In this document: one piece after another, positions 45,379-54,162 of the stretch
Numbering within the stretch: the stretch's first letter is position 1
Layout of the letters: every line of letters begins with the position of its first letter
DNA from: Candidatus Uhrbacteria bacterium
Lineage (GTDB): Bacteria; Patescibacteriota; Patescibacteriia; 2-12-FULL-60-25
Direction of reading: 5' to 3'
DNA length: 58,766 bases
Assembly (NCBI GenBank): GCA_009691315.1
Contig: SICT01000001.1
Span: 1 to 58,766 of the forward strand
Notes under the pieces: model-generated
What the model saw: only the letters and a program-made list of their open reading frames with translations
The model's database searches: none
What the model was told of the DNA's origin: nothing
Position numbers and translations under genes: made by a program

Positions 45379-45465
45379 CCTCAAAATGCAGGCTCTTGAC
45401 AATCATTGACCCTGTGCTTGGTAACATGGTAAAACCTCTCTTACCCCCTGGATCAGGGGGTAATC

Positions 45466-45494
45466 TTGACAGGATTCAAAATACTTGATATCCT
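45466..45494 (+). promoter_or_regulatory. Sigma-70-like promoter inside the VanW/DHFR convergent spacer
   Basis: The signal is TTGACA-N17-TATCCT, the same hexamers as the predicted nusA promoter. No protein gene lies downstream on this strand. Confidence 0.45.
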
Positions 45495-45499
45495 TCCAT

Positions 45500-45704
45500 G
45501 ATCACTTTGATCAGCTCATGCTTCGACAAGCTCACCATACACCAGGTCTTTAGCAATCCGCGTCCACGACAAGCATGGAATCTTTCCATAGGGTGTGGCA
45601 GGTCTTCGGACTCGCTCTCCCCTTTAGAAAGGTTTCTTGGATGCGGATTGCTCAAGCTCTGATGAAAAAACTCCCCCGGCACAGTGTCGAGGGAGTTTTG
45701 TTTT
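45500..45704 (+). ncRNA. Candidate structured small RNA (~200 nt), family not identified
   Basis: A long-range 10-bp pairing agcaatccgc (45552-61) with gcggattgct (45643-52) encloses smaller hairpins, including gtc-UUCG-gac (45602-11) and atggaa-tct-ttccat. The region is preceded by a promoter-like signal and ends at a terminator. Confidence 0.35.
45669..45704. terminator. Bidirectional rho-independent terminator
   Basis: The stem aactccc-N15-gggagtt is flanked by an A-run on the left and ttgtttt on the right, so it is usable from both strands. Confidence 0.6.
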
Positions 45705-45750
45705 ACCAACATCCTGAATTCTGACTTATAAATAATTTCAATAATCAATT

Positions 45751-46266
45751 TTATTTTAAAACTTGGTAGTGTAGTTGGATGGTATGTATGTTTATTTTTT
45801 TTACCTCTAACAACTCTAAATCAACTGCAAAATCTCCTTCGGCAAAAATAGGGATCCCCTGACCAAACACGAACGGTTCAACATCAATGTAAATTTCATC
45901 GATCAATTTTTCTTTGATGAACGAACGGTTTAACTGACCGCCGCCGGCTAAAAATGCCGTGGTAAATCCTCTCGCTTCCAAAAGACGCAAAATTTCTTGT
46001 GGCGGCTTATCTGTGGTCAATACCCTATCATTCCAGGTATTTTTTATTGGTTCGTGTGAAACGATAATATTGAGAGCTTCTGGGAATGGAAAATATCCGT
46101 ATCGCAAGGCTTCCAGATAGGTGTTCTTCCCCATAATAATATTTCCTGCGGACTTACTGTGCTCAAAAAAACCTTTTAAATCTTCCTCGGACGTCCACTG
46201 GGAATTGCCGTCTTTCTTGGCAATGAATCCATTAACAGACATCCCCATGTAGAGAACTGTTTTCAT
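45751..46266 (-). CDS. Dihydrofolate reductase-family protein (RibD C-terminal-like)
   Basis: MKTVLYMGMSVNGFIAKKDG......F....SAGNIIMGKNTYE pattern and ...AFLAGGGQLNRSF... are typical of the RibD_C/DHFR-like family. Confidence 0.75.
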   Translation of the reverse strand: MKTVLYMGMSVNGFIAKKDGNSQWTSEEDLKGFFEHSKSAGNIIMGKNTYLEALRYGYFPFPEALNIIVSHEPIKNTWNDRVLTTDKPPQEILRLLEARGFTTAFLAGGGQLNRSFIKEKLIDEIYIDVEPFVFGQGIPIFAEGDFAVDLELLEVKKINIHTIQLHYQVLK

Positions 46267-46270
46267 AAAA

Positions 46271-47497
46271 TCATTCTCCCTTCATCGCCTCTGCTATCCG
46301 CTCAATTGCGAGAATAAATGCGGCTTCGCGTTGCGTCGCGCCATATTTTTCAGCGGTTGAAATCACATCTTGTGCGGCCTGACGCATAAGAGGCTCTAAG
46401 CGTTGAAACACCCTTCCTTCGTCCCAATGTTCCCCAATTTTATTTTGTTGCCATTCGAGAAACGAGGTTGTGACACCACCGGAATTCGCTAACACATCCG
46501 GGATGACCGTCACGCCATGCTTGGCAAAATACGCATCGGCTTCTGGTGTAGTCGGGCCGTTCGCCAGTTCTAAAATCATTTGTGCTTGCACACGCGGCGC
46601 AATCTCAGCGGTCAATTGATTTTCTAAAGCTGATGGCACAAGTAAACCACATGGGAGAGTCAGAAGCTGCTCCTGAGTCAGCGTCTCTAAATTATTGAAA
46701 CCTGTAACACTTCCCGTCTTTTTCTTGTGTTCGATCACCCCCGGAATATCCAAACCATGTTCTGAATGAATTCCTCCTTTAGAATCTGAAACAGCCACTA
46801 CTTTGTATCCGTGATGATGAAAAATTTTCGCCATAGTTTCACCAGCATTGCCAAAACCCTGAATAACAACGCTGAGCGATTCAGGATCCACGCCGAATTT
46901 TTGACGATACACATCAAACACATAAAATCCGCCTTGGGCGGTGGCCGTGCCGCGACCCTCTGATCCACCTTTACCGACCGTCTTACCTGTCACTACTGCA
47001 AGATCTTGATGTCCAATCACCTTCCCGTATTCATCTGCCAGCCAATCCATAATCTGTGGCGTCGTATTCACGTCTGGTGCCGGAATGTCTTTGTCAGAAC
47101 CGATACAATCTGCGATCGCACGGGTGAACGCACGTGTCAGTCGCTCCAGCTCGCCAGAAGATAATTCTTTCGGATTGACCGTCACGCCACCCTTGCCACC
47201 GCCAAACGGAATGCCTGCAACGGCACATTTGATCGTCATCCAAAATGCGAGTGCCTTTACTTCATCTAAATCAACCTGCGTATGAAAACGCAAACCTCCC
47301 TTAAACGGACCACGTACATTATTCCACTGCACCCGATAACCATGAAAAAATCTGGTGGAACCATCATCCATCACGATGGAAAACTCAACATTGATCGTCC
47401 GCGCTGGATGATGGAGAGCGTCGAGTGTTTTTGGATCAAGCGGCGCAATCGTTGCGGCCAGATCTAATTGCCGCATGGCATTGGTAAAAGCGGACAT
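46271..47497 (-). CDS. gdhA: Glutamate dehydrogenase (Glu/Leu/Phe/Val dehydrogenase family)
   Basis: I trimmed the ORF to the ATG at 47497. The motifs are ...RGPFKGGLRFH... and ...PFGGGKGGV..., with the Rossmann motif GFGNAG. Confidence 0.9.
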   Translation of the reverse strand: MSAFTNAMRQLDLAATIAPLDPKTLDALHHPARTINVEFSIVMDDGSTRFFHGYRVQWNNVRGPFKGGLRFHTQVDLDEVKALAFWMTIKCAVAGIPFGGGKGGVTVNPKELSSGELERLTRAFTRAIADCIGSDKDIPAPDVNTTPQIMDWLADEYGKVIGHQDLAVVTGKTVGKGGSEGRGTATAQGGFYVFDVYRQKFGVDPESLSVVIQGFGNAGETMAKIFHHHGYKVVAVSDSKGGIHSEHGLDIPGVIEHKKKTGSVTGFNNLETLTQEQLLTLPCGLLVPSALENQLTAEIAPRVQAQMILELANGPTTPEADAYFAKHGVTVIPDVLANSGGVTTSFLEWQQNKIGEHWDEGRVFQRLEPLMRQAAQDVISTAEKYGATQREAAFILAIERIAEAMKGE

Positions 47498-47501
47498 AAA
47501 A

Positions 47502-48419
47502 TTAATGCGATAAATATTTTTCTGCATCAAGCGCGGCCATACAACCAGTTCCGGCAGCGGTGATAGCCTGACGATAGCGTGGGTCCTGTAAATCACCAGA
47601 CACAAACAGGCCGGGCACATTCGTCATCGTGGTTCCCTTTACGACACTCACATATTTTTTCTCATCCAAATCCACCAAGCCCTGAAGTAATCGCGAATTC
47701 GGTTCATGACCAATTGCGGCAAACACCCCGTCGATTGACAGATCATGTATCTCACCCGTCACCGTGTCTTTAAGACGCGCACCCGTCACATGACCAACAT
47801 CCACACCGAGAATTTCGATAACCTCTGCATTCCAAATCACTTTTATTTTTGGATTGGCGAACGTGCGGTCTTGCATGATTTTTGAAGCACGAAATTCGGC
47901 GCGACGATGCACGATGGTGACTTCGCTGGCAAAGCGGGTCAAGAAATTTGATTCTTCCATAGCGCTGTCTCCCCCGCCCACCACGATCACTTTTTTCTGT
48001 TTGAAAAAAAATCCATCACACGTCGCACAGGCAGACACGCCGTGACCGTAAAGCTTCTTCTCTGATTCTAAACCTAAACGCCGCGCCTCTGCTCCTGTGG
48101 CCATAATCACGGTTCTTGTTTGATAGGTCTGACCTTTGCTTGCGACTTCAAATCCCCCATCAATAATCTTGAGTGACTCAACCTGCTCTGTTTTAATATC
48201 TGTCCCAAATCGTTTAGCCTGCTCACGAAAACGCTGCATTAATTCAGGACCCTGAATACCTTCGGGGAAACCCGGGAAATTTTCTACATCCGTTGTTGTC
48301 ATTAACTGACCGCCCGGTTCGTTACCTTCAAATAAAATCGGTGCCAAACTTGCCCGCGCCGCATAAATCGCCGCGGTCCATCCAGCCGGTCCAGACCCAA
48401 TAATGATCACGTCAATCAT
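47502..48419 (-). CDS. trxB: Thioredoxin-disulfide reductase
   Basis: GSGPAG is the FAD motif, CATC is the redox centre ([11 protein letters not shown]) and GGGDSA is the NADPH motif. Confidence 0.93.
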   Translation of the reverse strand: MIDVIIIGSGPAGWTAAIYAARASLAPILFEGNEPGGQLMTTTDVENFPGFPEGIQGPELMQRFREQAKRFGTDIKTEQVESLKIIDGGFEVASKGQTYQTRTVIMATGAEARRLGLESEKKLYGHGVSACATCDGFFFKQKKVIVVGGGDSAMEESNFLTRFASEVTIVHRRAEFRASKIMQDRTFANPKIKVIWNAEVIEILGVDVGHVTGARLKDTVTGEIHDLSIDGVFAAIGHEPNSRLLQGLVDLDEKKYVSVVKGTTMTNVPGLFVSGDLQDPRYRQAITAAGTGCMAALDAEKYLSH

Positions 48420-48736
48420 ACGTGCTTCATCAATTTTTCTTTAAATTGTTCTTTGCTCATTGAACCCACCATCTGTTCGACCACTCCCCCATTCTTAAAC
48501 ACCAAAAACGTCGGAATAGACATGATCCCATACTGGCCAGGCACTGTCGGATTTTGATCAACATTCATTTTCCCTATCTTTAGCTTGGTCTCATCAATTT
48601 CTCCAGCTAACTCTTCCAAAATCGGTGACATCATGCGACACGGTCCGCACCATTCGGCCCAAAAATCTACCACCACCGGTGTAGATGATTGCAAAACATC
48701 CGTTTGAAAATTTGCGTCAGTAAATGTGTGTTCCAT
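48416..48736 (-). CDS. trxA: Thioredoxin
   Basis: The 106-aa product contains [10 protein letters not shown]. It overlaps the trxB start by 4 nt. Confidence 0.95.
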   Translation of the reverse strand: MEHTFTDANFQTDVLQSSTPVVVDFWAEWCGPCRMMSPILEELAGEIDETKLKIGKMNVDQNPTVPGQYGIMSIPTFLVFKNGGVVEQMVGSMSKEQFKEKLMKHV

Positions 48737-48798
48737 AGTTCGCCTATCTTAAAGATAAAAACTGTAGCCCGCAAGAGGTAAGTTATCAACAAATTCTA

Positions 48799-48827
48799 TT
48801 GACTCATAATCAAAACTCACGTATCAT
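48799..48827 (+). promoter_or_regulatory. Sigma-70-like promoter for the first beta-CA-like gene
   Basis: The signal is TTGACT-N17-TATCAT, ending 53 nt before the ATG. The RBS is aggggggg. Confidence 0.5.
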
Positions 48828-48880
48828 TTTGTCCCAAAACGTACCTTCCACTCACAACCACTCACCCTTAGGGGGGGTCC

Positions 48881-49402
48881 ATGAAGCGATATCTGATAAT
48901 CGGCCTCGTCTCCGCTGTCACCCTGTTCGCCGCACTCAAGGCTGGCCCGCTCAAGGCGGAACGTCCAGCTGATCGAGCGGTGGTGGCATTGTTCTGCTCA
49001 GACTCCAGGAATGGACGATTCAAGCAAGATCTGGAAACCCATCATCCGGGATTCGTGGAGCACAACGTCCACGTCTACGAACACCAGGTCCCCGGATCGG
49101 CTATCTACGACATCATCCATGCTCACCCGGCCGTTCGGGAGCATGTGATCGAACAGATTACCATCCTACTAAGAAAGGCTCAGAAAGAGGGCGCTTCGGC
49201 TGCCATTGCCCTGGCCTATCATGAAAAGTGCGCTCGCTACCCCCAAGGCCATGAACAGGAACAGGAACGAGACGGCCTCGCAGCAAAGCATTTGCTCGAG
49301 GATCGTCTCAAGGATCTGCACCCGCAGATCCTCCTGTACAAGGCACATATGGATGATTCTCATATCACCGAGATCGAAATCATCGAACGGCCACGGCCGT
49401 GA
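48881..49402 (+). CDS. Beta-carbonic-anhydrase-like protein 1 (signal/TM anchored), highly divergent
   Basis: FCSDSR (C39-x-D41-x-R43) and HEKC (H114-x2-C117) match the C-x-D-x-R ... H-x-x-C zinc-site pattern of the beta-CA fold. The N-terminus is hydrophobic and the gene is GC-rich. Confidence 0.5.
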   Translation: MKRYLIIGLVSAVTLFAALKAGPLKAERPADRAVVALFCSDSRNGRFKQDLETHHPGFVEHNVHVYEHQVPGSAIYDIIHAHPAVREHVIEQITILLRKAQKEGASAAIALAYHEKCARYPQGHEQEQERDGLAAKHLLEDRLKDLHPQILLYKAHMDDSHITEIEIIERPRP

Positions 49403-49415
49403 ACCATTCTCTTCT

Positions 49416-49453
49416 CTCCCAAATCTGCCAAAGCGGATGAGGGAGCTTTTTTT
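49416..49453 (+). terminator. Terminator-like hairpin after beta-CA-like gene 1
   Basis: The stem ctccc...gggag has an internal atc/gat extension and is followed by cTTTTTTT. Confidence 0.45.
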
Positions 49454-49463
49454 AATATTAATC

Positions 49464-49492
49464 TTGACCGGTAGAAAAAAATCACATATAAT
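49464..49492 (+). promoter_or_regulatory. Sigma-70-like promoter for the second beta-CA-like gene
   Basis: The signal is TTGACC-N17-TATAAT. The RBS ggagga lies 5 nt before the ATG at 49544. Confidence 0.55.
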
Positions 49493-49543
49493 TTCGCAGC
49501 TTCTTCGATAAAGCTCTCTCACCTACAAGGCTCTGGAGGATCC

Positions 49544-50071
49544 ATGGGTACCGCAGCAGCACATTCAACCGACGCGGATCGCTGTCAGGCGACTGCCTTC
49601 TTCTGCAGTGACTACCGTCACTGGAACGGGCCACTGAACATCTCGCAGGCTCTACGATCGCTCGTCGGGCATGCAGGATTCGACAAAATCGCAAAACCCG
49701 GAGCAATCCATGCTCTGGTTCATGGCGAGGAACATCATCGCCGCGCCATCCTGGATGATCTCAGCGACCTCGTGTCGCTGCATCAACCCGAATGGATCTA
49801 TCTCATCCCCCACACCGATTGTGGAAAATATCGACTCAGCTTTGGGCAACGAGACGAAGCTGAGCAGCGCCAGCAGCTGATCCAGGATCTGGCGACAGTC
49901 ACCACCCTGATCCTCAGATACTACCCATTGGTCAGGGTCCGGTCGTTCATCGCCGTGATGAAGCCCGACACCCTGAGCGATCTGGAAGAGGTGACCTCCT
50001 TGGTCGCCGCTCATATCGCCTCCCTACCTTCTTCCATGAACGATGATCAAGATCATCGAGGCACGGACTAG
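49544..50071 (+). CDS. Beta-carbonic-anhydrase-like protein 2, highly divergent
   Basis: FCSDYR (C21, D23, R25) and HTDCG (H90, C93) are present. KPGAIHAL sits at the position of the R-x-AGN strand. Confidence 0.5.
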   Translation: MGTAAAHSTDADRCQATAFFCSDYRHWNGPLNISQALRSLVGHAGFDKIAKPGAIHALVHGEEHHRRAILDDLSDLVSLHQPEWIYLIPHTDCGKYRLSFGQRDEAEQRQQLIQDLATVTTLILRYYPLVRVRSFIAVMKPDTLSDLEEVTSLVAAHIASLPSSMNDDQDHRGTD

Positions 50072-50184
50072 ACAGGTTCTTTCATCCTTTCACCGTCACG
50101 CCATGTGCCGGTTTTTTTATTCTTGCCTAAATCCTTGCTTTTCTTTATTCTAGCGGTCTGTTCTATCAAGACTTCATCAATCCT

Positions 50185-51204
50185 ATGCCTACACTTCACC
50201 AACGCATCCTTGAAATTAACGCGGAAAAATCAATGCAATACACTACCGACGAATCTGCCCGTAATCGTTATTGGGCCAGTCATCCAACCTTTTTTGCCTG
50301 CATTAAATGTATGGATGGCCGGGTAAATTTTCCGGTCATGACCAAAACACCCGTCGGGATTGTAAAACCATTTCGGGCGATTGGGGGAAAATTCGAGGCC
50401 TGGTGGCCAAGTTTTTTAGGCCGCGTGCGACACTGGGTAGAGAAAGCGGAATCCATGGGTTGCCGAAGTTTTATTTTTGTTACCTACCACTATAGCGCCA
50501 GTGATGCACATTTAGGTTGTGCGGGCTGGAAATATGATACCAAAGCCGCCCGCGCCCATGCGGAAAAATTACAACAAGAGCTTTCTTATATTTTTGGAGA
50601 ACAGATGACGGCCATTGTCGCAGGTGTTGAGACGGATCATGATCTTTTGACACTTCATGGCCCGCACGCAGACCTCTCCGGGGAGATGCTTGCGGGCAAA
50701 AGTGAGGCAGAGGTCTACCAAACGATTGCCTCGATTTTTCCAGACATGAATCAGCAAACCAATCATGATCTGGCACCATTTTTATTGGGCAATGCCGGGC
50801 GGGTAGAAGAACTCACTCGTCAACCACGAGACCTCAAACAAAAAGGTCACAATGAACGGATTATTGCCGTAGGTCAAGGATTTGACTGGCTGGTGGAAGA
50901 AAATCTCGCACTCATCATCAACGACGCGGATCCAAATTTAGCCGACTCCATCCGCGTTGCCGGATCGTTGATTGAAAAGAATTTAAAAGATGCTCCTCCC
51001 GGAGATGACGCCACGATTTTTACCTCGATCCCTTATCGCAATCCAGGCCTGGATTATCGGCAAGCTGTGGTCCGATCACAAGGCCTGCGCTTATTTGCCG
51101 AACGAGTCCTGCAAGAATCTTTTCCTGATCTCATGAAATCTGGTCGATTACACTCTCTCGCGGCTGTGATGTGGGAGGCAAACAAAAAAATCGAAATCAT
51201 CTAA
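50185..51204 (+). CDS. Beta-carbonic-anhydrase-like protein 3 (339 aa, with an extra C-terminal domain)
   Basis: CMDGR (C42, D44, R46), FRAIGG, and HLGC (H109, C112) within YHYSASDAHLGCAGW are present. The start is uncertain, with an alternative ATG 16 codons downstream. Confidence 0.5.
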   Translation: MPTLHQRILEINAEKSMQYTTDESARNRYWASHPTFFACIKCMDGRVNFPVMTKTPVGIVKPFRAIGGKFEAWWPSFLGRVRHWVEKAESMGCRSFIFVTYHYSASDAHLGCAGWKYDTKAARAHAEKLQQELSYIFGEQMTAIVAGVETDHDLLTLHGPHADLSGEMLAGKSEAEVYQTIASIFPDMNQQTNHDLAPFLLGNAGRVEELTRQPRDLKQKGHNERIIAVGQGFDWLVEENLALIINDADPNLADSIRVAGSLIEKNLKDAPPGDDATIFTSIPYRNPGLDYRQAVVRSQGLRLFAERVLQESFPDLMKSGRLHSLAAVMWEANKKIEII

Positions 51205-53209
51205 ACGTCTCAACTTTGCGTGTTTTAGATTCTTCCATGTAAACCTCAAAGCGATCACCAATGGCAATTTTTGTTTTTCCTTTAAATGATAGTCCGCATT
51301 CCTGTCCAGCACTGACTTCTTTCACGACGGATTTTCCAGATTGTAACGATTCCAAAATCCCTTCGCCGACCGGCTCTTGACCACGCCATACGCGAACCTT
51401 AGCCCCGGCCAATAATTTTCCTGTTTTCACTTTCGCGCCCAAAATCATTTTTCCCGGATCGGTGCGAAACACGGCGGCAATTTCCGCTTCGCCAAGGGCT
51501 GTCACAATCAATTCTTGTGGCAAAAGTCTATTTAAGCGCGCCACCACATCATCAAACAACTCATAAATAATTTTATAACTCTTGATTTCTACCCCCTTGT
51601 CTCGCGCATCACTTTCAATGGCTGCAGGCGTCATCACATTAAATCCATACACGACAGAGGGTTTGGCATTTGCTGCGCGTTCAATATCTGATTCCGTCAC
51701 ATTGCCTAAACCCTTTTGAATGACGTCTGTCCCGACGAGTTCATGTTTAATTTTTTCCAACATGCCAAGCAACGCTTCAAGCGAACCTAATACGTCGGTT
51801 TTCAAAACAATATTTAACGTAATTTTTTTGTTCGCGGTTTCTTCTTCCGTTGGTACCGCTTTCGTGGCCGTGAATGCTTCTGCTACCTGACGCGAGGTTT
51901 TGGCTTTTTTCTGTTCGAGCATTTTTGGATCTTCTGGTACTTCCAAAATATCTCCCACCGCTGGCGCGACTTTAAATCCTAAAATTTTCACTGGCATACC
52001 TGGCCCCGCCTCATCGACCATGGCACCTGTCCAATCACGCATGGCACGCACGCGACCATACGCAGCACCGGCAATGCCTAAACAATCATTACGATGAAGG
52101 GTTCCCGTTTGCACGAGCACCGTCGCGACTGGACCCTCGCCTTTATCCACATGCGATTCAACAATCGTTCCGGCGGCTTTGCGTTCCGGATTAGCCATGA
52201 TGTGATCTTTTTCGACTTCAGCCACGAGCAAAATTAAATCCAATAATTCTGGAATGCCTTGTCCGGTTTTAGCCGAAATTTTTGTCATGGGTGTTTTTCC
52301 TCCCCACTCTTCAACGGTGACACCGATTTCCGCCAATTGTCCCATGACGCGATTAGGATCCGCTTCCGGTTTATCAATCTTGTTCAATGCGACCACGAAC
52401 GGAAGTTTGGCCGCTTGAATAATCTGTACAGCTTCTTTTGTTTGAGGTTGAACACCATCATCAGCTGCAACAACCAAGATCGCAATGTCAGCGACCTTCG
52501 CACCACGTGAACGCATGACCGTAAACGCTTCATGGCCAGGCGTGTCGATAAACGTAATCTTTTTTCCATTTTTTTCTGTTTGATATGCCCCGATGTGTTG
52601 TGTAATCCCTCCAGATTCTTTTTCCATCACATGCGTTTGACGAATCGCATCAAGCGTACGCGTTTTTCCGTGATCCACATGACCCATCACCACGACCACT
52701 GGCGCACGCGGCACAAGATCCTCCGTTTTTTCCTGTTCCAGTAAAGATTTGATGCGATTGGTTGATTCCTCCTCTCCCGCTTGCTCACTCGCTAATACAG
52801 ATTCCGGATTAGCTTTAAATCCAAGTTCCTCAGCAATGATGGCCGCCGTTGTAAAATCAATGCGCTCATTTTGTGACGCGAGAATTCCGGCACGCATCAA
52901 TTGTTGAATCACACGTGTAACAGGCAAACCGAGTTTTCCCGCAAAATCACGCACGCTCAATACCGATGGCAAAGCCACTTCTGTTTTTACGACAGGCGCT
53001 CCGCTTGGATCCACGGTCGATGATCGAACGAGTTGATCTCGTAAACGCTCACGCCGTGCATTCTCCAACCACTTTTTATAAATTTGATCTGCCACCCGAT
53101 CATCCACTTTTATGGCCCGCCCGCCAATATCAAAACCAAGCGCTGGCAATTTTGTCAGCAATTCATTTGGCGTGATACGCAGTCGTCGAGCGAGTTCTGT
53201 AACATTCAT
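51197..53209 (-). CDS. infB: Translation initiation factor IF-2
   Basis: The G domain motifs are GHVDHGKT...DTPGH...NKID. The start is set at the ATG at 53209 ([12 protein letters not shown]..., the usual IF-2 N-terminal helix). An alternative ATG at 53254 would add 15 aa. Confidence 0.92.
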   Translation of the reverse strand: MNVTELARRLRITPNELLTKLPALGFDIGGRAIKVDDRVADQIYKKWLENARRERLRDQLVRSSTVDPSGAPVVKTEVALPSVLSVRDFAGKLGLPVTRVIQQLMRAGILASQNERIDFTTAAIIAEELGFKANPESVLASEQAGEEESTNRIKSLLEQEKTEDLVPRAPVVVVMGHVDHGKTRTLDAIRQTHVMEKESGGITQHIGAYQTEKNGKKITFIDTPGHEAFTVMRSRGAKVADIAILVVAADDGVQPQTKEAVQIIQAAKLPFVVALNKIDKPEADPNRVMGQLAEIGVTVEEWGGKTPMTKISAKTGQGIPELLDLILLVAEVEKDHIMANPERKAAGTIVESHVDKGEGPVATVLVQTGTLHRNDCLGIAGAAYGRVRAMRDWTGAMVDEAGPGMPVKILGFKVAPAVGDILEVPEDPKMLEQKKAKTSRQVAEAFTATKAVPTEEETANKKITLNIVLKTDVLGSLEALLGMLEKIKHELVGTDVIQKGLGNVTESDIERAANAKPSVVYGFNVMTPAAIESDARDKGVEIKSYKIIYELFDDVVARLNRLLPQELIVTALGEAEIAAVFRTDPGKMILGAKVKTGKLLAGAKVRVWRGQEPVGEGILESLQSGKSVVKEVSAGQECGLSFKGKTKIAIGDRFEVYMEESKTRKVETFR

Positions 53210-53252
53210 GGGTCGCTTGATTCTAAATGGATTTGATGGTTTAGTCAATGTC

Positions 53253-53966
53253 ATGAACGGCTTTCTCTTAATCGATAAACCCGGCGGGATCACCTCGCAT
53301 GATGTTGTGGATGCGGTACGGCGCGTGGCTGGCATCCGTGCGGTTGGTCATGCGGGAACCCTTGATCCGTTTGCCACCGGACTCTTAATTTTAGGCCTTG
53401 GTCCAGCCACAAAAAAACTTGGTGAGTTGATTGGTCTCGACAAAACCTATGAAGCAACACTGACGCTCGGCGCGACCAGTGATACGTTTGATCGGGATGG
53501 AGTGATTACGGTAGGGGCGCACCCAAGCGTGCGCCCCTCGGCCGACCGATCAGGGCAGACACATGGGTCTGCCCCTACCGAGTCAGAGATCGAATCCGTT
53601 CTCGATCAATTCCGCGGGGGTTACGATCAACGGGCACCAATTTTTTCGGCCAAAAAAATCAAAGGAAAAAAACTCTATGAACTGGCACGAGCTGGAACGG
53701 CAACAGAAGAGATGCGTCCGATCAAGCATGTGACAATCAGCGAACTTTCGATACTCGATGCCCAATACCCAATACTACGTCTCCGCATCGTTTGTTCTTC
53801 TGGTACGTACATTCGTTCTCTCGCTGATGACATTGGGCGTGCGCTTGGTGTTGGCGCCTATCTCTCCGAACTTCGTCGAACATCCATTGGAACCTGGTCT
53901 GTGAATAACGCAATTCCTCTCAAAAATCTCAACAAATCTGATCTAGACAAAATTCTCATAAAATGA
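53253..53966 (+). CDS. truB: tRNA pseudouridine(55) synthase
   Basis: I trimmed the ORF to the ATG at 53253. MNGFLLIDKPGGITSHDVV...VGHAGTLDPFATGLL contains the catalytic Asp motif, and ...CSSGTYIRSLA.D.G is also present. Confidence 0.92.
   Translation: MNGFLLIDKPGGITSHDVVDAVRRVAGIRAVGHAGTLDPFATGLLILGLGPATKKLGELIGLDKTYEATLTLGATSDTFDRDGVITVGAHPSVRPSADRSGQTHGSAPTESEIESVLDQFRGGYDQRAPIFSAKKIKGKKLYELARAGTATEEMRPIKHVTISELSILDAQYPILRLRIVCSSGTYIRSLADDIGRALGVGAYLSELRRTSIGTWSVNNAIPLKNLNKSDLDKILIK
53510..53579. repeat. GC-rich nested palindromic element lying in frame within truB
   Basis: The outer arms ggtagggg/cccctacc enclose two hairpins, ggggcgcac-N6-gtgcgcccc and gggcagac-N6-gtctgccc. The element encodes ~VGAHPSVRPSADRSGQTHGSAP. 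Confidence 0.75.
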
Positions 53967-54162
53967 TACGCTCTGCTTACTGAATTATTATTAACGAACC
54001 GGTTGCGTCAGGAGATAGATTCCAAAGGTTGTTCTTCGTTTAAACTCAATTAATGTGTTCCAGATGTCCAGGATTCATAACAAAAAACACCAAATAAATT
54101 GACCCTCTCACTAGAGGAGAGTTTTAAGCGAAAAAAATCAAGACGCGCCGACGTTTCATTCT

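Noticed and set aside
45500-45704. Assignment of the candidate sRNA to tmRNA, RNase P RNA or SRP RNA.
   Set aside because: It has no tRNA-like acceptor/T-arm or CCA end, no GAGGAAAGUCC-type P4 sequences, and no SRP helix-8 GGAA/AGCA motifs. At ~200 nt it also fits these families poorly.
45476-45748. A 90-aa minus-strand ORF in the VanW/DHFR spacer.
   Set aside because: It has no RBS, an odd composition and no recognisable domain, and it overlaps the terminator hairpin. The region is better explained as non-coding; see the sRNA candidate.
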